This document shows positions 37,737-47,283 of a DNA stretch of 64,000 nt, piece after piece. The DNA is from Chloroflexia bacterium (lineage in GTDB: Bacteria; Chloroflexota; Chloroflexia; QHBQ01; JAICKM01): NCBI GenBank assembly GCA_038228295.1, contig JBBRPH010000027.1:375-64374 (forward strand), in the 5' to 3' direction. The notes beneath the pieces were generated by a model that saw only the letters and a list, made by a program, of their open reading frames with translations, was not told where the DNA came from and ran no database searches. How positions within the stretch are numbered: the stretch's first letter is position 1; every line of letters starts with the position of its first letter. Position numbers and translations under genes: made by a program.

Positions 37737-37846
37737 AACACAGAGGCACAGGGAGTACGGAAAGTTGTGTCTATGCTAAAATCCAGCCACCTTATTTCAG
37801 CTTAACGTCTTTCGCTTAAGTCTCCAGATCTCCGTGTCTCCGTGTT
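37737..37846. repeat. Imperfect inverted repeat of CACRGAG-type units flanking about 75 bp
   Basis: AACACAGAGGCACAGGGAG ... CTCCGTGTCTCCGTGTT between convergent genes. Confidence 0.55.
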
Positions 37847-37866
37847 GTCGCCGGCTCGCCCGCAAG

Positions 37867-38199
37867 TCAGCCCCGTCCGCCGAAGAACAGGCCGAAGCCG
37901 GCCGCGCCGATCGCCAGTACGCATTCTTCGAGCGTGCCTTCAATGGGCAAGGCCGTCCACTTGTTGGTGTGGCGCATATGTTCTAGGCGGTAGGTACTGT
38001 GGCTGGGGTCAAGCGGCACAATGCGCGCCCACAGGGCGTAGTAGCCCTCCCAGGCGGGGCGCTGAAACGGCTGCACTAATTCATAGAAGATCAGGCCGGT
38101 TTTGCGCTCTTCTACCAGCACGTCGGCGAAACGCGGGTCGTCGCGCACTACGGCTACGGCGCGGGCGGCCGGCGGGCCACCGCGGGTCAAGCGGCGCAT
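37867..38199 (-). CDS. Hypothetical protein (DUF3024-like)
   Basis: YRLEHMRHTNKW..TLEECV pattern, recalled only; contiguous with upstream genes. Confidence 0.55.
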   Translation of the reverse strand: MRRLTRGGPPAARAVAVVRDDPRFADVLVEERKTGLIFYELVQPFQRPAWEGYYALWARIVPLDPSHSTYRLEHMRHTNKWTALPIEGTLEECVLAIGAAGFGLFFGGRG

Positions 38200-38201
38200 A
38201 C

Positions 38202-38624
38202 TCAGGCTCCTCGTAATAGGGCATCCAGACGGCGAATACTGTCATCGAGTTGGCGACCCATCGTGGTTTTGAGCAGTAGCGTGGGGACGGCGGGTGCTTC
38301 CAGCCGAATTTCAGTGTGCGTGGCGCTGCCGCCGAGATCCGGCGTGAGGCTGATGGTTAGCGTGGCGGCGGGGTCGCCGTCCAGGGCCAGTGCGACTTGC
38401 CGCTCCGGCAGTAGCGTTAGCAGGCGCAGCGTGATCAGCTCCGGGTGGCCCATAAAGCGCGCCGCTGCATGAAATACCTGTCCCACGGCGGGTGATCCGC
38501 TCGGCCCGCTGGTAATCCCACTAATTGCGCCGATGAAATGCGGCGCGTTGCGGAGGTCGGCTACGTAGCGGTAGACGGCGGCGGGCGGCGCATGGACGAG
38601 GCCGGTCTTATCCAGATGGCCCAT
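38202..38624 (-). CDS. SRPBCC (START-like) family protein
   Basis: VHAPPAAVYRYVADLRNAPHF N-terminal signature. Confidence 0.8.
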   Translation of the reverse strand: MGHLDKTGLVHAPPAAVYRYVADLRNAPHFIGAISGITSGPSGSPAVGQVFHAAARFMGHPELITLRLLTLLPERQVALALDGDPAATLTISLTPDLGGSATHTEIRLEAPAVPTLLLKTTMGRQLDDSIRRLDALLRGA

Positions 38625-38629
38625 ATGCC

Positions 38630-40420
38630 CTAGGTCTCCTCAGCGGGTTCGGCCCGGCGCGTGCGTGATGCGCGCTTGCCGGTCTCGCCCTTATGGCCTT
38701 GCATACTGTAGAGCCGAATCACTTCGTCCACAGCCGTCGCGTCTTCCGGTAGCTTTTCGCGCGGTTGGAGGATGCGCGGGAAGCGCAGGGCATAGCCGGT
38801 GCCGCCCTCTGCGCCGGCCGAGTGCATGGGGCTGCGCGTCACCTCGTCGGCCTGTAGCTCAAACACGTAATGCGGCGTGACCCACACGGCCGGTTTGAGG
38901 ATGCTGACCACGCGCGGGTCGGGGTGGTCCAGCCGATCAGCCGCCAGCTTTTGTCCCAGGGCGATCCAGTCGGCGTTGCTCATGCCGCTGGCGCAGCGCG
39001 TGACAGTAGGGAACAGGTCATGTTCGCGGTCGTAGACGGCGCAGAGCAGTGAGCCAATGCCCCAGGCCGCCCGCGCTCCCCGCCCATAATCGTAGCCGAC
39101 GATCACCACATCTACGGTGTCACGCAGTTCGGTCGAATAGGAGCGCTTCAGCTTGATCCAGTTGAAGTCGCGCTTACCGGCTTGGTAGGGGCCGCTCAGT
39201 TTCTTGGCGACAATGCCCTCTAACCCTTCGCCGGTGCTGTCGTCGTAGAACAGCGCCATCTCCTCCGGATCTTCGGTGAACAGCGCATCGGTCACGCGCA
39301 GCGCCGGGCCGGGCGTGACCAGGCTTTCCATCCGTGCGCGGCGTTCTTCGTAGGGATGGGCGGTGATGTCCTCGCCGTCGGCCAGCAGCAGATCGAAAGC
39401 GACCAGGCGCAACGGCAGCCGCTCACTGGTCTCGGCGATATTGTGGATGCGGCGGCGCTTAGTGGTCTCCTGAAACGGGTAATACTTGCCCGTTGCGACG
39501 TTGTAGGCCATCGCTTCGCCTTCGATGATCACTTGCGCGCTCCGCACATCGCGCCGCACCGCGTCGGCGATTTCGGGGAACATCCCGGTCATGTTTTCCA
39601 GGCCACGCGAGAAGATCGTGACGTTCTCGCCGTCTTTATGCACCTGGCAGCGGAAGCCGTCGTATTTCGGCTCAACCGAGCAGCGGCCCAACCGTTTGAG
39701 GATCTCTTCTACGCTGTCGGCGCGCTCGGCCAGCGCCATGCGGACGGGATTGCCCACCTGCACGGCAATCTCGGCCAATGCGTCGGGGCCGCCGCGATAC
39801 AAGGTTTCGGCCACCAGGCCCAGGTCGCTAGACAGGTTGTAGGCGCGTTCGAGCGAGGGGCGCAGCGTTTTGCCGCCGGTCTTGGCCTGCGACAACGCAT
39901 CAAGCATCGTCTGATCGCCCCACCCGCCGCGCAACCGCCCGACCACAATCTTGGTGATATGCTTGGCGGCCTGCGCTGTGACCGACCCTAGCAACTGCGC
40001 CAGCAAGGTGATCTTGCGCTCCGCACTGCCCGATCCACTCGCCGCAGCTAATGCACTCAGGGCGGCATGAACTTCGAGCAACAGGATCGGCCGCGCCGGT
40101 CCCGTATCGCCCAGGCGGTTGCGGCACTCCGCCGCGACCAGCCCTGCGTCGCCCCGCTCAGCAAATAGCTGTTGCGCGTCCGCGACGGTGCAGCCACCGA
40201 CCTGGGCGATAGCCCGCAAAGCACTCTTTTCGTTGATGCCGAACTCGTTTTGCCGATACTCCGGGGCTAAATGGCCCTGCATCAGATAAACCAGCGGCGC
40301 GATTTCGTCGGAGTCGGCTTGGCCCAGTAGATCGGCCAGCAGGGCGATCATTTGGAGCCGGCTGCTGATCGGCTCTAATTGCTCAAAGGCTTCGGCGACA
40401 GTTTGGAACAGCAAAGGCAT
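38630..40420 (-). CDS. lig: ATP-dependent DNA ligase (archaeal/LigB-like)
   Basis: EPKYDGFRCQVH, IEGE, FDLL, EGIVAK, WIKLK, LRFPR motifs; N-terminal DNA-binding domain. Confidence 0.94.
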   Translation of the reverse strand: MPLLFQTVAEAFEQLEPISSRLQMIALLADLLGQADSDEIAPLVYLMQGHLAPEYRQNEFGINEKSALRAIAQVGGCTVADAQQLFAERGDAGLVAAECRNRLGDTGPARPILLLEVHAALSALAAASGSGSAERKITLLAQLLGSVTAQAAKHITKIVVGRLRGGWGDQTMLDALSQAKTGGKTLRPSLERAYNLSSDLGLVAETLYRGGPDALAEIAVQVGNPVRMALAERADSVEEILKRLGRCSVEPKYDGFRCQVHKDGENVTIFSRGLENMTGMFPEIADAVRRDVRSAQVIIEGEAMAYNVATGKYYPFQETTKRRRIHNIAETSERLPLRLVAFDLLLADGEDITAHPYEERRARMESLVTPGPALRVTDALFTEDPEEMALFYDDSTGEGLEGIVAKKLSGPYQAGKRDFNWIKLKRSYSTELRDTVDVVIVGYDYGRGARAAWGIGSLLCAVYDREHDLFPTVTRCASGMSNADWIALGQKLAADRLDHPDPRVVSILKPAVWVTPHYVFELQADEVTRSPMHSAGAEGGTGYALRFPRILQPREKLPEDATAVDEVIRLYSMQGHKGETGKRASRTRRAEPAEET

Positions 40421-40568
40421 GAGGCGGTTCTCCTTTAGCTAGACTGGCTCTATTATACCATACCTATCTGTAGGATCGGCCTGTTGCCGACTTGCGAGGG
40501 GGCGGGCAGCGTGCTATAGTGGGGACCGTGGACCGACCGCTAGTTTTGCCGAAAGAGGACTTGCCCGC

Positions 40569-41555
40569 ATGAAACTTGTGACTTATCTAACCGCTCAACA
40601 CACGGCTTGCTTAGGTATTGCATTGCCCGGCGGCATTGTAGACTTAGAACGCGCGCTGGATTGGGGCGAACCGGGGGAGGGGTTTGTTGACGGTGGCGTG
40701 CCGGCGACAATGATTGACCTGCTGGCGCGCGGGCCACAGACGCTGGCTGGGTTGCGCGCCCTGGCCGACCGCTTGGCCGCGCAACCCGCCGGCGCGCTCA
40801 CCCGCCTGCTCCTGCCGGCGGATACCGGGTTGCTGGCTCCGCTGCCCCGCCCTAATAATGTGCGCGACTTCTACGCCTTTGAGCAGCACGTCAAGACGGC
40901 GCGCGCCCAGCGCGGGGCTGAGATGATCCCCGAATGGTATCAGATCCCCGTCTTTTATTTCTCCAACCCTGACGCGATCTACGGTCCCGACGCATCGGTG
41001 TCGGTGCCGCAGGAGACGGCGGAACTGGACTATGAATTGGAACTGGCCTGCGTGATCGGGCAAGCGGGGCGCGACATCCCGGCGGCGCAGGCAATGGACT
41101 ATGTAGCGGGCTACACGATCATGAATGATTGGAGCGCGCGCGACGTGCAGCGGCTGGAAATGAAGATGAATCTTGGTCCGGCCAAAGGCAAAGACTTCGC
41201 CACCAGCTTGGGGCCGTGGTTGGTCACGCCCGATGAATTGGCCGACCGCCGCGAGGGCGAGGGTGCAGAGACACGCTATCGTCTCGATATGGTGGCGCGT
41301 GTGAACGGCAAGGAATACAGCCGCGGCAATGCCGCAGCCCTCACGCACACTTTCGCTCAGATGATCGCTTTCGCCAGTCGCGATGTTTGGCTCAAACCGG
41401 GCGACGTGATCGGCTCCGGCACGGTCGGCACCGGCTGTATCCTCGAACTGCGCCCCGAAACGGTCGGCGGCTGGCTTAAAGCGGGCGATGTGGTAGAGAT
41501 GGAGATCGAGCGGCTGGGTGTGTTGCGGAACCGGGTCATAGCGCGTGGCGCGTGA
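40569..41555 (+). CDS. Fumarylacetoacetate hydrolase family protein
   Basis: RDFYAFEQH, LDYELE, NDWSARD, KGKDF, GDVIGSGT. Confidence 0.92.
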   Translation: MKLVTYLTAQHTACLGIALPGGIVDLERALDWGEPGEGFVDGGVPATMIDLLARGPQTLAGLRALADRLAAQPAGALTRLLLPADTGLLAPLPRPNNVRDFYAFEQHVKTARAQRGAEMIPEWYQIPVFYFSNPDAIYGPDASVSVPQETAELDYELELACVIGQAGRDIPAAQAMDYVAGYTIMNDWSARDVQRLEMKMNLGPAKGKDFATSLGPWLVTPDELADRREGEGAETRYRLDMVARVNGKEYSRGNAAALTHTFAQMIAFASRDVWLKPGDVIGSGTVGTGCILELRPETVGGWLKAGDVVEMEIERLGVLRNRVIARGA

Positions 41556-41632
41556 AACGTGAAGCGTGCTTAAGCATTACGTAGCCGCCTGTCTTAGCGA
41601 AAGCGTGGGATGCCGGCCTGGGGGAGTGTGCG

Positions 41633-42232
41633 ATGTGGCGGAAGTGGGCGGGGTGCCTCGGCAGTCTCCTGGCCGCATTGGGAGCCGGTGGGTGTATAGC
41701 GGACCCAACTCCACCGTTGCCGATCTCCCACCCGCCTGTGTCACTGTCGGCTACGTCGGTGCCGCTCCAGCGGATACCGCCTACAGCCGGCAGGATTGCT
41801 CCGCCTTTCACCGAAATTGTGGCGACGCTTACCCGGCTGCAACAGCAAGATCAGGCAGCGGGTGACGACGATGACGCGGCGCGCAGGGCCTATGTCGCCA
41901 CGTTGCGGACGAAATCAATCCGCGACTGGGCAGGTTGGATTACCGCCGTTGGGCAAGCATCGGACGGGCGTGCGTTTGCCCAACTGTCGGCCCAACCCTC
42001 CCCGCACGCTGTGTCGCTCAACCGCCTCACGCCTACCGTGTATGCCGTTGAGCCGGGACAAGTCTACTTATCCGACTTCGCACCGGCCCAGTTCTCCGTG
42101 TTACGAATTGGGCAGGCGGTGCGCTTTAGCGGTGTACTCGACGACGTGGATTGGCTGGGTGCCGGCATCACGGTACGCGTTATAGGTGTGACCCTCACGC
42201 CGGTAGTTTCGCTCATGCCTGCTCTGCCCTAA
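41633..42232 (+). CDS. Putative lipoprotein
   Basis: Signal peptide with LGAGG-C lipobox. Confidence 0.6.
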   Translation: MWRKWAGCLGSLLAALGAGGCIADPTPPLPISHPPVSLSATSVPLQRIPPTAGRIAPPFTEIVATLTRLQQQDQAAGDDDDAARRAYVATLRTKSIRDWAGWITAVGQASDGRAFAQLSAQPSPHAVSLNRLTPTVYAVEPGQVYLSDFAPAQFSVLRIGQAVRFSGVLDDVDWLGAGITVRVIGVTLTPVVSLMPALP

Positions 42233-42259
42233 ACTCATATCACGCGAAAGGGTTGCTCA

Positions 42260-42760
42260 ATGGACACCGAAATGTTGATCACGCTGTTCGAGTACTTTAC
42301 CTGGGGGCGTAACCAGGTGCTGGATACGGCAGCGGGGCTGACGAGGGCACAGTTGCGGCAGGCCGACGAACCGGGAGGGTACGGCTCCATTTGGGATACG
42401 CTGGCCCACATGGCCGCTTCGGAGTGGATGTGGATGGAGCGCCTCACCGGGCAGTCGCCGACTGCGTTTCCGAGTGGCGACAACTTCGCCGATGTGGCGG
42501 CGCTGCGCGGCTGGTGGGATGACGTGCATTCGCGCAGCATGACCTACCTGCGCGGCTTGACCGCCGCCGATCTGGCACGCGAGATCCACTACCGCAACAC
42601 GCAGGGCCGCGAATTCCGCCGCCGGGTCTGGCACGTCTTGTTGCACATCGTCAACCACCAGACCGAACATCGCACGCAGATCGCCGCCCTGTTCACTCGC
42701 TTCGGCGTGGCGCCGCCCGCTACCGATCTGGTGGTGTACCTACCGTCTGACGGTAGTTGA
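42260..42760 (+). CDS. DinB/YfiT family protein
   Basis: SIWDTLAHM..E..W; HIVNHQTEHRTQI metal-binding histidines. Confidence 0.9.
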   Translation: MDTEMLITLFEYFTWGRNQVLDTAAGLTRAQLRQADEPGGYGSIWDTLAHMAASEWMWMERLTGQSPTAFPSGDNFADVAALRGWWDDVHSRSMTYLRGLTAADLAREIHYRNTQGREFRRRVWHVLLHIVNHQTEHRTQIAALFTRFGVAPPATDLVVYLPSDGS

Positions 42761-42768
42761 GGAAGCAA

Positions 42769-43143
42769 ATGGACACAGCGACCGCTATCGTGGTCGTTAA
42801 GGCATAGCAAGATGCGGCCAATCGGCAAGAGGTGGCTTGCCTGCTCGCACTAGCGGATCCACCGCTCGAAATAGTGGAACCACGCGGCTCGGGTTACGGC
42901 CGTGCGCTGCTGCGTGACTGGCTGAGTCGGGCCGGTCTAGAACTCACCACGCAGCGGATATTTGCGTGCGGCCTGGTTGTGGTGGCCCAGCACGGAATCT
43001 GGCGTGTGGTAGAAACGGGCACTGTAACCGGCGAGGCGGATCTTGCCTCGCACTTTCACGTCGCCGCTGGGCGGGTCGTGCAGTTCGCGCGACATGACCA
43101 GCTAGATACGGCGCTCGTAGCGGCGTCCTCAGCCAGCCGATGA
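42769..43143 (+). pseudogene. SnoaL/NTF2-like gene interrupted by in-frame TAG at 42805-42807
   Basis: GAGGA RBS + ATG, MDTATAIVVVKA*QDAANRQEVACLL.., continuous in frame with the 42832 ORF; the stop lies where Trp is expected. Confidence 0.55.
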
Positions 43144-43217
43144 GCAGGTGTGAGCGTGTGCCGCGGCAGCGCAGTATTAGCCAAGTGCAACCTATTTTGG
43201 TTAGACCAAGTGGGGGC

Positions 43218-43273
43218 AGACACCAAGAACGCAAAGATTCCGTTTGCTGCGGATCTTTGCGTTCTTGGTGTCT
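43218..43273. repeat. Perfect 21-bp inverted repeat (terminator-like)
   Basis: AGACACCAAGAACGCAAAGAT / ATCTTTGCGTTCTTGGTGTCT between convergent genes. Confidence 0.8.
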
Positions 43274-43284
43274 TTGCGGAGAAT

Positions 43285-44433
43285 TTACCGGCGCACGCTT
43301 TGCACCAATTCACCGGCGGGCGTAGTAGACGTGGCTGCCCAGGTCCAGGCCATTTTGGTTTTGAGTGTGCGCTCGATCAGGCGCATGGCCGGCAGGTCTT
43401 GGGTAATCACCAGCGAGACGGCGATGCCCGTTTTTTGCGCGCGCGCGGTGCGTCCGATGCGGTGGACATAATCTTCCGTCGTGCCCGGCACGTCATAGTT
43501 GACGACATGGGTCACGTCGGGAATGTCGAGGCCGCGCGCCGCGATGTCGGTGGCAACCAATACCGGTGAGTCGCCGTCGCGGAAAGCATCCAGCGCGCGC
43601 AGCCGCTCGTCGAGATTCAGATCCCCGTGTAAGGCCACATTGGGCAGTTGGCGGGCCAGCAGGGCGCGGTGCAGATCGTCAGTGTCGCGCTTGGTGCGCA
43701 CAAAGATGATCACTCGCTGGGCTGCTGGGTCGCGCAATAGGCGCACCAACGCAGGCAGCTTGTTGCCGTCGGCGATCATCTGCACCTGCTGCACCACACC
43801 CGCCACCGTGCTAGCCGGCGGGTCTACACGTGCCTCGATTGGATCATGCAGCAGCTTTTCGGCCAGCGGGCGAATCGCGTCGGGCATGGTGGCCGAGAAA
43901 AACAGCGACTGCCGTTGGGCGGGTAGGTAAGAGACTAACTTTTGCACATCGGGCAGGAAGCCCAGATCGAGCATCCGGTCTACCTCGTCCAGCACCAGCG
44001 CCTGCACATCCCCCAGCCATAGCTTGCGGCGGCGGATCAGGTCAAGCAGGCGGCCCGGCGTACCGATCACCACCTGTGCGCCGCGCTCCAGCCGCTGGAT
44101 CTGGTCCTGCATATTGGCCCCGCCGACGATCACGGCGGCCCGCACCGGCATTTGCTGGGCGTAGGCGGCGATATCTTCTTCCACCTGGTAGGCGAGTTCG
44201 CGCGTCGGCACAACGATCAGCGTGTGCAAACCGTCGTGGGCGGCGATGCGGTCTAGCAGCGGCAACGCATAGGCGGCGGTCTTGCCGGAGCCGGTTTGGG
44301 CGTTGCCGATCACATCATGGCCGTCGAGGACGGCGGGAATCACGCGCTCCTGAATCGGAGTCGGGGTATGGTGGTCGCGGGCAGCAATGCCCGCTTGTAG
44401 CGCGGGGCTAAACGCGAAATCTGTAAAGCGCAA
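43285..44433 (-). CDS. DEAD-box RNA helicase
   Basis: PTPIQ, AQTGSGKT, PTRELA, TPGRL, DEVD, SAT, ARGLD, HRIGRTAR. Confidence 0.95.
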   Translation of the reverse strand: MRFTDFAFSPALQAGIAARDHHTPTPIQERVIPAVLDGHDVIGNAQTGSGKTAAYALPLLDRIAAHDGLHTLIVVPTRELAYQVEEDIAAYAQQMPVRAAVIVGGANMQDQIQRLERGAQVVIGTPGRLLDLIRRRKLWLGDVQALVLDEVDRMLDLGFLPDVQKLVSYLPAQRQSLFFSATMPDAIRPLAEKLLHDPIEARVDPPASTVAGVVQQVQMIADGNKLPALVRLLRDPAAQRVIIFVRTKRDTDDLHRALLARQLPNVALHGDLNLDERLRALDAFRDGDSPVLVATDIAARGLDIPDVTHVVNYDVPGTTEDYVHRIGRTARAQKTGIAVSLVITQDLPAMRLIERTLKTKMAWTWAATSTTPAGELVQSVRR

Positions 44434-44768
44434 CAGGGTGCATCCTTTCTGTAGCGGAGGCCCAAGGGGGTCTCACATCCAACAGCAGGCCATAGAGGTT
44501 CCAAACCTGGGTGCGCCGGGGCGGCGCTGAAGGGGGGAATACCTGTTTCGTGCAGTGTTGCTCCGTCTGCCTGCTATCCATCACCCAACAAGTATACCAT
44601 AATTGCGTGTAGATTGCTGAGAGGGTACAACCAGTACCTGTTCAGCGGGGCGTGGCAGGGGGTGCGCCACTCCTCGTAAAACAAACGTTCAGATCACTAC
44701 TATGACAATGAATAGCTTCTGTGCGGCGTTTAGGGAGCACTTGACGGGGCGCTATAATCGTGTTATCA

Positions 44769-44792
44769 CATAAATGAACAGGTTCATTTATG
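44769..44792. promoter_or_regulatory. Probable TetR operator
   Basis: Perfect palindrome CATAAATGAAC-AG-GTTCATTTATG between a TTGACG-17-TATCAC promoter and the RBS. Confidence 0.75.
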
Positions 44793-44800
44793 GAGGTGGT

Positions 44801-45502
44801 ATGATCGAGAAAAAGAGTGGTGGCCTAAATACGAAAGCAGCCCGCACACGCGCGCATATTTTAGATACCGCACTCAGTTTGTTCGCGGCGCAGGGTTATG
44901 AGCCAACCACAATGCGCGAAATTGCTAAGGCCGCAACGTGTTCGTTGGGTTTAACCTATCGCTACTTCTCGTGCAAAGAGGATCTGGTGCTGGCGCTATA
45001 CACTCAACTGGAAAGTGAATTCGCCGCCCAAGTTGCAGCCCTACCACAAGGCCCACTGGCCGGCCGCTTTGCGGCGGCGATGCGCGCCAAGATCGCCCAG
45101 GTCGTTCCCTATCGCGACTCCTTTGCCGCCCTGTTCGGCGCGGCGTTGAACCCCGCTTCCGGTGTGTCGGTGGTCGGCGATAGTACGATTGGGATTCGCA
45201 CGCAGGTTACCACCGCGTTTCACCTGCTGGTACTCGGATCGCGTGATGCACCGCCGGAGCCGTTGGCCGGCCAGTTGGCTACCGTACTCTACGGACTACA
45301 TCTCGCGCTGCTGCTGGTGGCGCTCACCGACCGCAGCCCAGCGGGCCGCACCACGGCCGATCTGCTGGTATTCGTGGGCGATGCACTGGCCCTGATCGGG
45401 CCGCTGCTGGGCCTGCCGGAAGCAGCGGCGGCCCTCGCCCGCTTGGCGATGACCCTCGGACCCGCGCTCGGCGCGCTCACCCCACAGGAGGATATCTGTT
45501 AA
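44801..45502 (+). CDS. TetR family transcriptional regulator
   Basis: ILDTALSLFAAQGYEPTTMREIAKAATCSLGLTYRYFSCKEDL. Confidence 0.92.
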   Translation: MIEKKSGGLNTKAARTRAHILDTALSLFAAQGYEPTTMREIAKAATCSLGLTYRYFSCKEDLVLALYTQLESEFAAQVAALPQGPLAGRFAAAMRAKIAQVVPYRDSFAALFGAALNPASGVSVVGDSTIGIRTQVTTAFHLLVLGSRDAPPEPLAGQLATVLYGLHLALLLVALTDRSPAGRTTADLLVFVGDALALIGPLLGLPEAAAALARLAMTLGPALGALTPQEDIC

Positions 45503-46128
45503 TGAATGGACTACTCGCAAGCCTGCGTGCATCTCGGTTGACGTGGGACTGGAAACTGCTGTTGTTCTGGATCGTAGCCGGGAATAGTGGTACTTTGGTA
45601 ACCGTGTTGAGCGGCTACTCTTACTATCTGCTGCTCCCACTGACGCTGGGGTTGCTCCAAATGGGAGTTTTGTATCTACGCCATGTGCGCGGAACCGGCT
45701 GGTGGCTTGTAGCCACGCTGATCGGTATGGTGCTGGGCCCCAGCGGGGGTGGCGCGCAGCTATACCGCGATCTGCTGTTTGAGCATCCAATCGATTCCCA
45801 GATCGGTAGCGGCGCAGGCTTGAATTTGACGCTCGCGCTAATTGCCCTTCTACAGCTGCCCATCTTACGCCGCAACACCAGCCGTCTCGGTCTGCGCGCT
45901 GCCGCATTATGGATCATTGCTAATGGACTAACCTATTTCATGATAAGTGGAGAGTTCAGCTTTTTCTGGTTACGGGGACTCCAGAATACATACCTAGAGT
46001 GGTTTACCTGGGGGCTCCTGCCGTGGTTGCTCACCGGTGGCCTATTGGTATGGCTGTTGCATAGCGACTCGGCGCACGGCACTAATCGTGCTGTAGACGG
46101 GGCGGTTCCCACTCACCGGCGGAACTAG
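45502..46128 (+). CDS. Membrane protein of unknown function
   Basis: About six hydrophobic segments; TAATG coupling to TetR. Confidence 0.75.
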   Translation: MNGLLASLRASRLTWDWKLLLFWIVAGNSGTLVTVLSGYSYYLLLPLTLGLLQMGVLYLRHVRGTGWWLVATLIGMVLGPSGGGAQLYRDLLFEHPIDSQIGSGAGLNLTLALIALLQLPILRRNTSRLGLRAAALWIIANGLTYFMISGEFSFFWLRGLQNTYLEWFTWGLLPWLLTGGLLVWLLHSDSAHGTNRAVDGAVPTHRRN

Positions 46129-46179
46129 GCGGGGGTGCCGTTGCTGGGGGCGCACCGTGGGTTTGGAGGAGTCGGATTC

Positions 46180-46641
46180 ATGCGGATGTCCCCGCTAGGA
46201 ATGTATCGGTTTTATCACCGCCTCTATGGGCAAGGCTGGATCAAACTCGCTTTCTGGCTCTATCGCCTGCATCGCCTGATCTATGCTTGTGAGATTCACC
46301 CTACCGCTGTATTGGGGCCGGGCTGCCAGATGCCGCATTCGGTCGGCATCGTCATCGGTCCCAAAGCGCGGGTTGGGCGCGGCTGCTTTATCGGCCAGGG
46401 GGTCACCCTCGGCTATCGTTACCCCGGTCCGCGCGATCCGGTGGTCGGCGACGGCAACCCGGTGCTGGGCGACCACGTGATCATCGGCGCGGGCGCCGTG
46501 ATCCTCGGCCCGGTCCACATCGGTGATGGGGCCGTGGTCGGCGCGAACAGTGTGGTCACCCGCGATGTGCCGGCCCTGCAGATGGCCGTTGGTAACCCCG
46601 CTCAAATCCGTCCCCGCCGCCCGCGCCGTTCTCTGGTGTGA
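46180..46641 (+). CDS. Serine O-acetyltransferase-like hexapeptide acyltransferase (short, EpsC/WcaB-like)
   Basis: EIHPTAVLG..PH..GIVIG..IGQGVTLG..GAGAVILGPVHIG..GANSVV..GNPA. Confidence 0.85.
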   Translation: MRMSPLGMYRFYHRLYGQGWIKLAFWLYRLHRLIYACEIHPTAVLGPGCQMPHSVGIVIGPKARVGRGCFIGQGVTLGYRYPGPRDPVVGDGNPVLGDHVIIGAGAVILGPVHIGDGAVVGANSVVTRDVPALQMAVGNPAQIRPRRPRRSLV

Positions 46642-46747
46642 GTGCCTCGCTGTGGAGCTAAGACGCGTGAATAGGGAAAGCCGAAAGTCGGCGATGTAGC
46701 ACTTTCAACTTTCGATTTCCCACTTCCGATTTTCAACTAGGGTGCCG

Positions 46748-47263
46748 ATGGATACCACCAACGAATACGACGATAAGCACCGGATGCTCGCTGAGCGCCG
46801 CATCCGTGATGCGCTACAAAGCGGCGAACTCCAAACGGAGATTGGCCCCAATCAACGGTTGGACCTGGAAGATAATCCGTATGTGCCGGAGGATATGCGG
46901 CTGGCCTTCAAGGTTATGCGGAACAGCCACTACCGGCCCGACTGGATGGAATTGGGTGACGAAATCGATCACGACATCGCCGCTTGGCAGCAGGCCGCCG
47001 ACCGCCATTTTGCCACGGTGCGTGAGCGTTTAGACCGGGCGACCCAGCGTGGGTTGCACCTGTTGCGCGATGAAGTCAGCGCCTTACGCACGCGTCACCG
47101 CCGTGCGACCGCCGACCACGCCGCCGCCCTTGCGGAAATCAACAGCAAGATTCACCGCTACAATGCTACCGTGCCCACTGACAGCCTGATGCGCGGCACC
47201 ATCCCTGCCGATGCGGCGATGCGCGCCTTTGCTGACCGCCTGCCGGCTTACTTAAACTACTAA
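46748..47263 (+). CDS. DUF1992 domain protein
   Basis: AERRIRDALQSGE..LEDNPYVPEDMRLAFKVMRNSHYRPDW. Confidence 0.75.
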   Translation: MDTTNEYDDKHRMLAERRIRDALQSGELQTEIGPNQRLDLEDNPYVPEDMRLAFKVMRNSHYRPDWMELGDEIDHDIAAWQQAADRHFATVRERLDRATQRGLHLLRDEVSALRTRHRRATADHAAALAEINSKIHRYNATVPTDSLMRGTIPADAAMRAFADRLPAYLNY

Positions 47264-47283
47264 CCTGTAAAGGACTCTACCTG

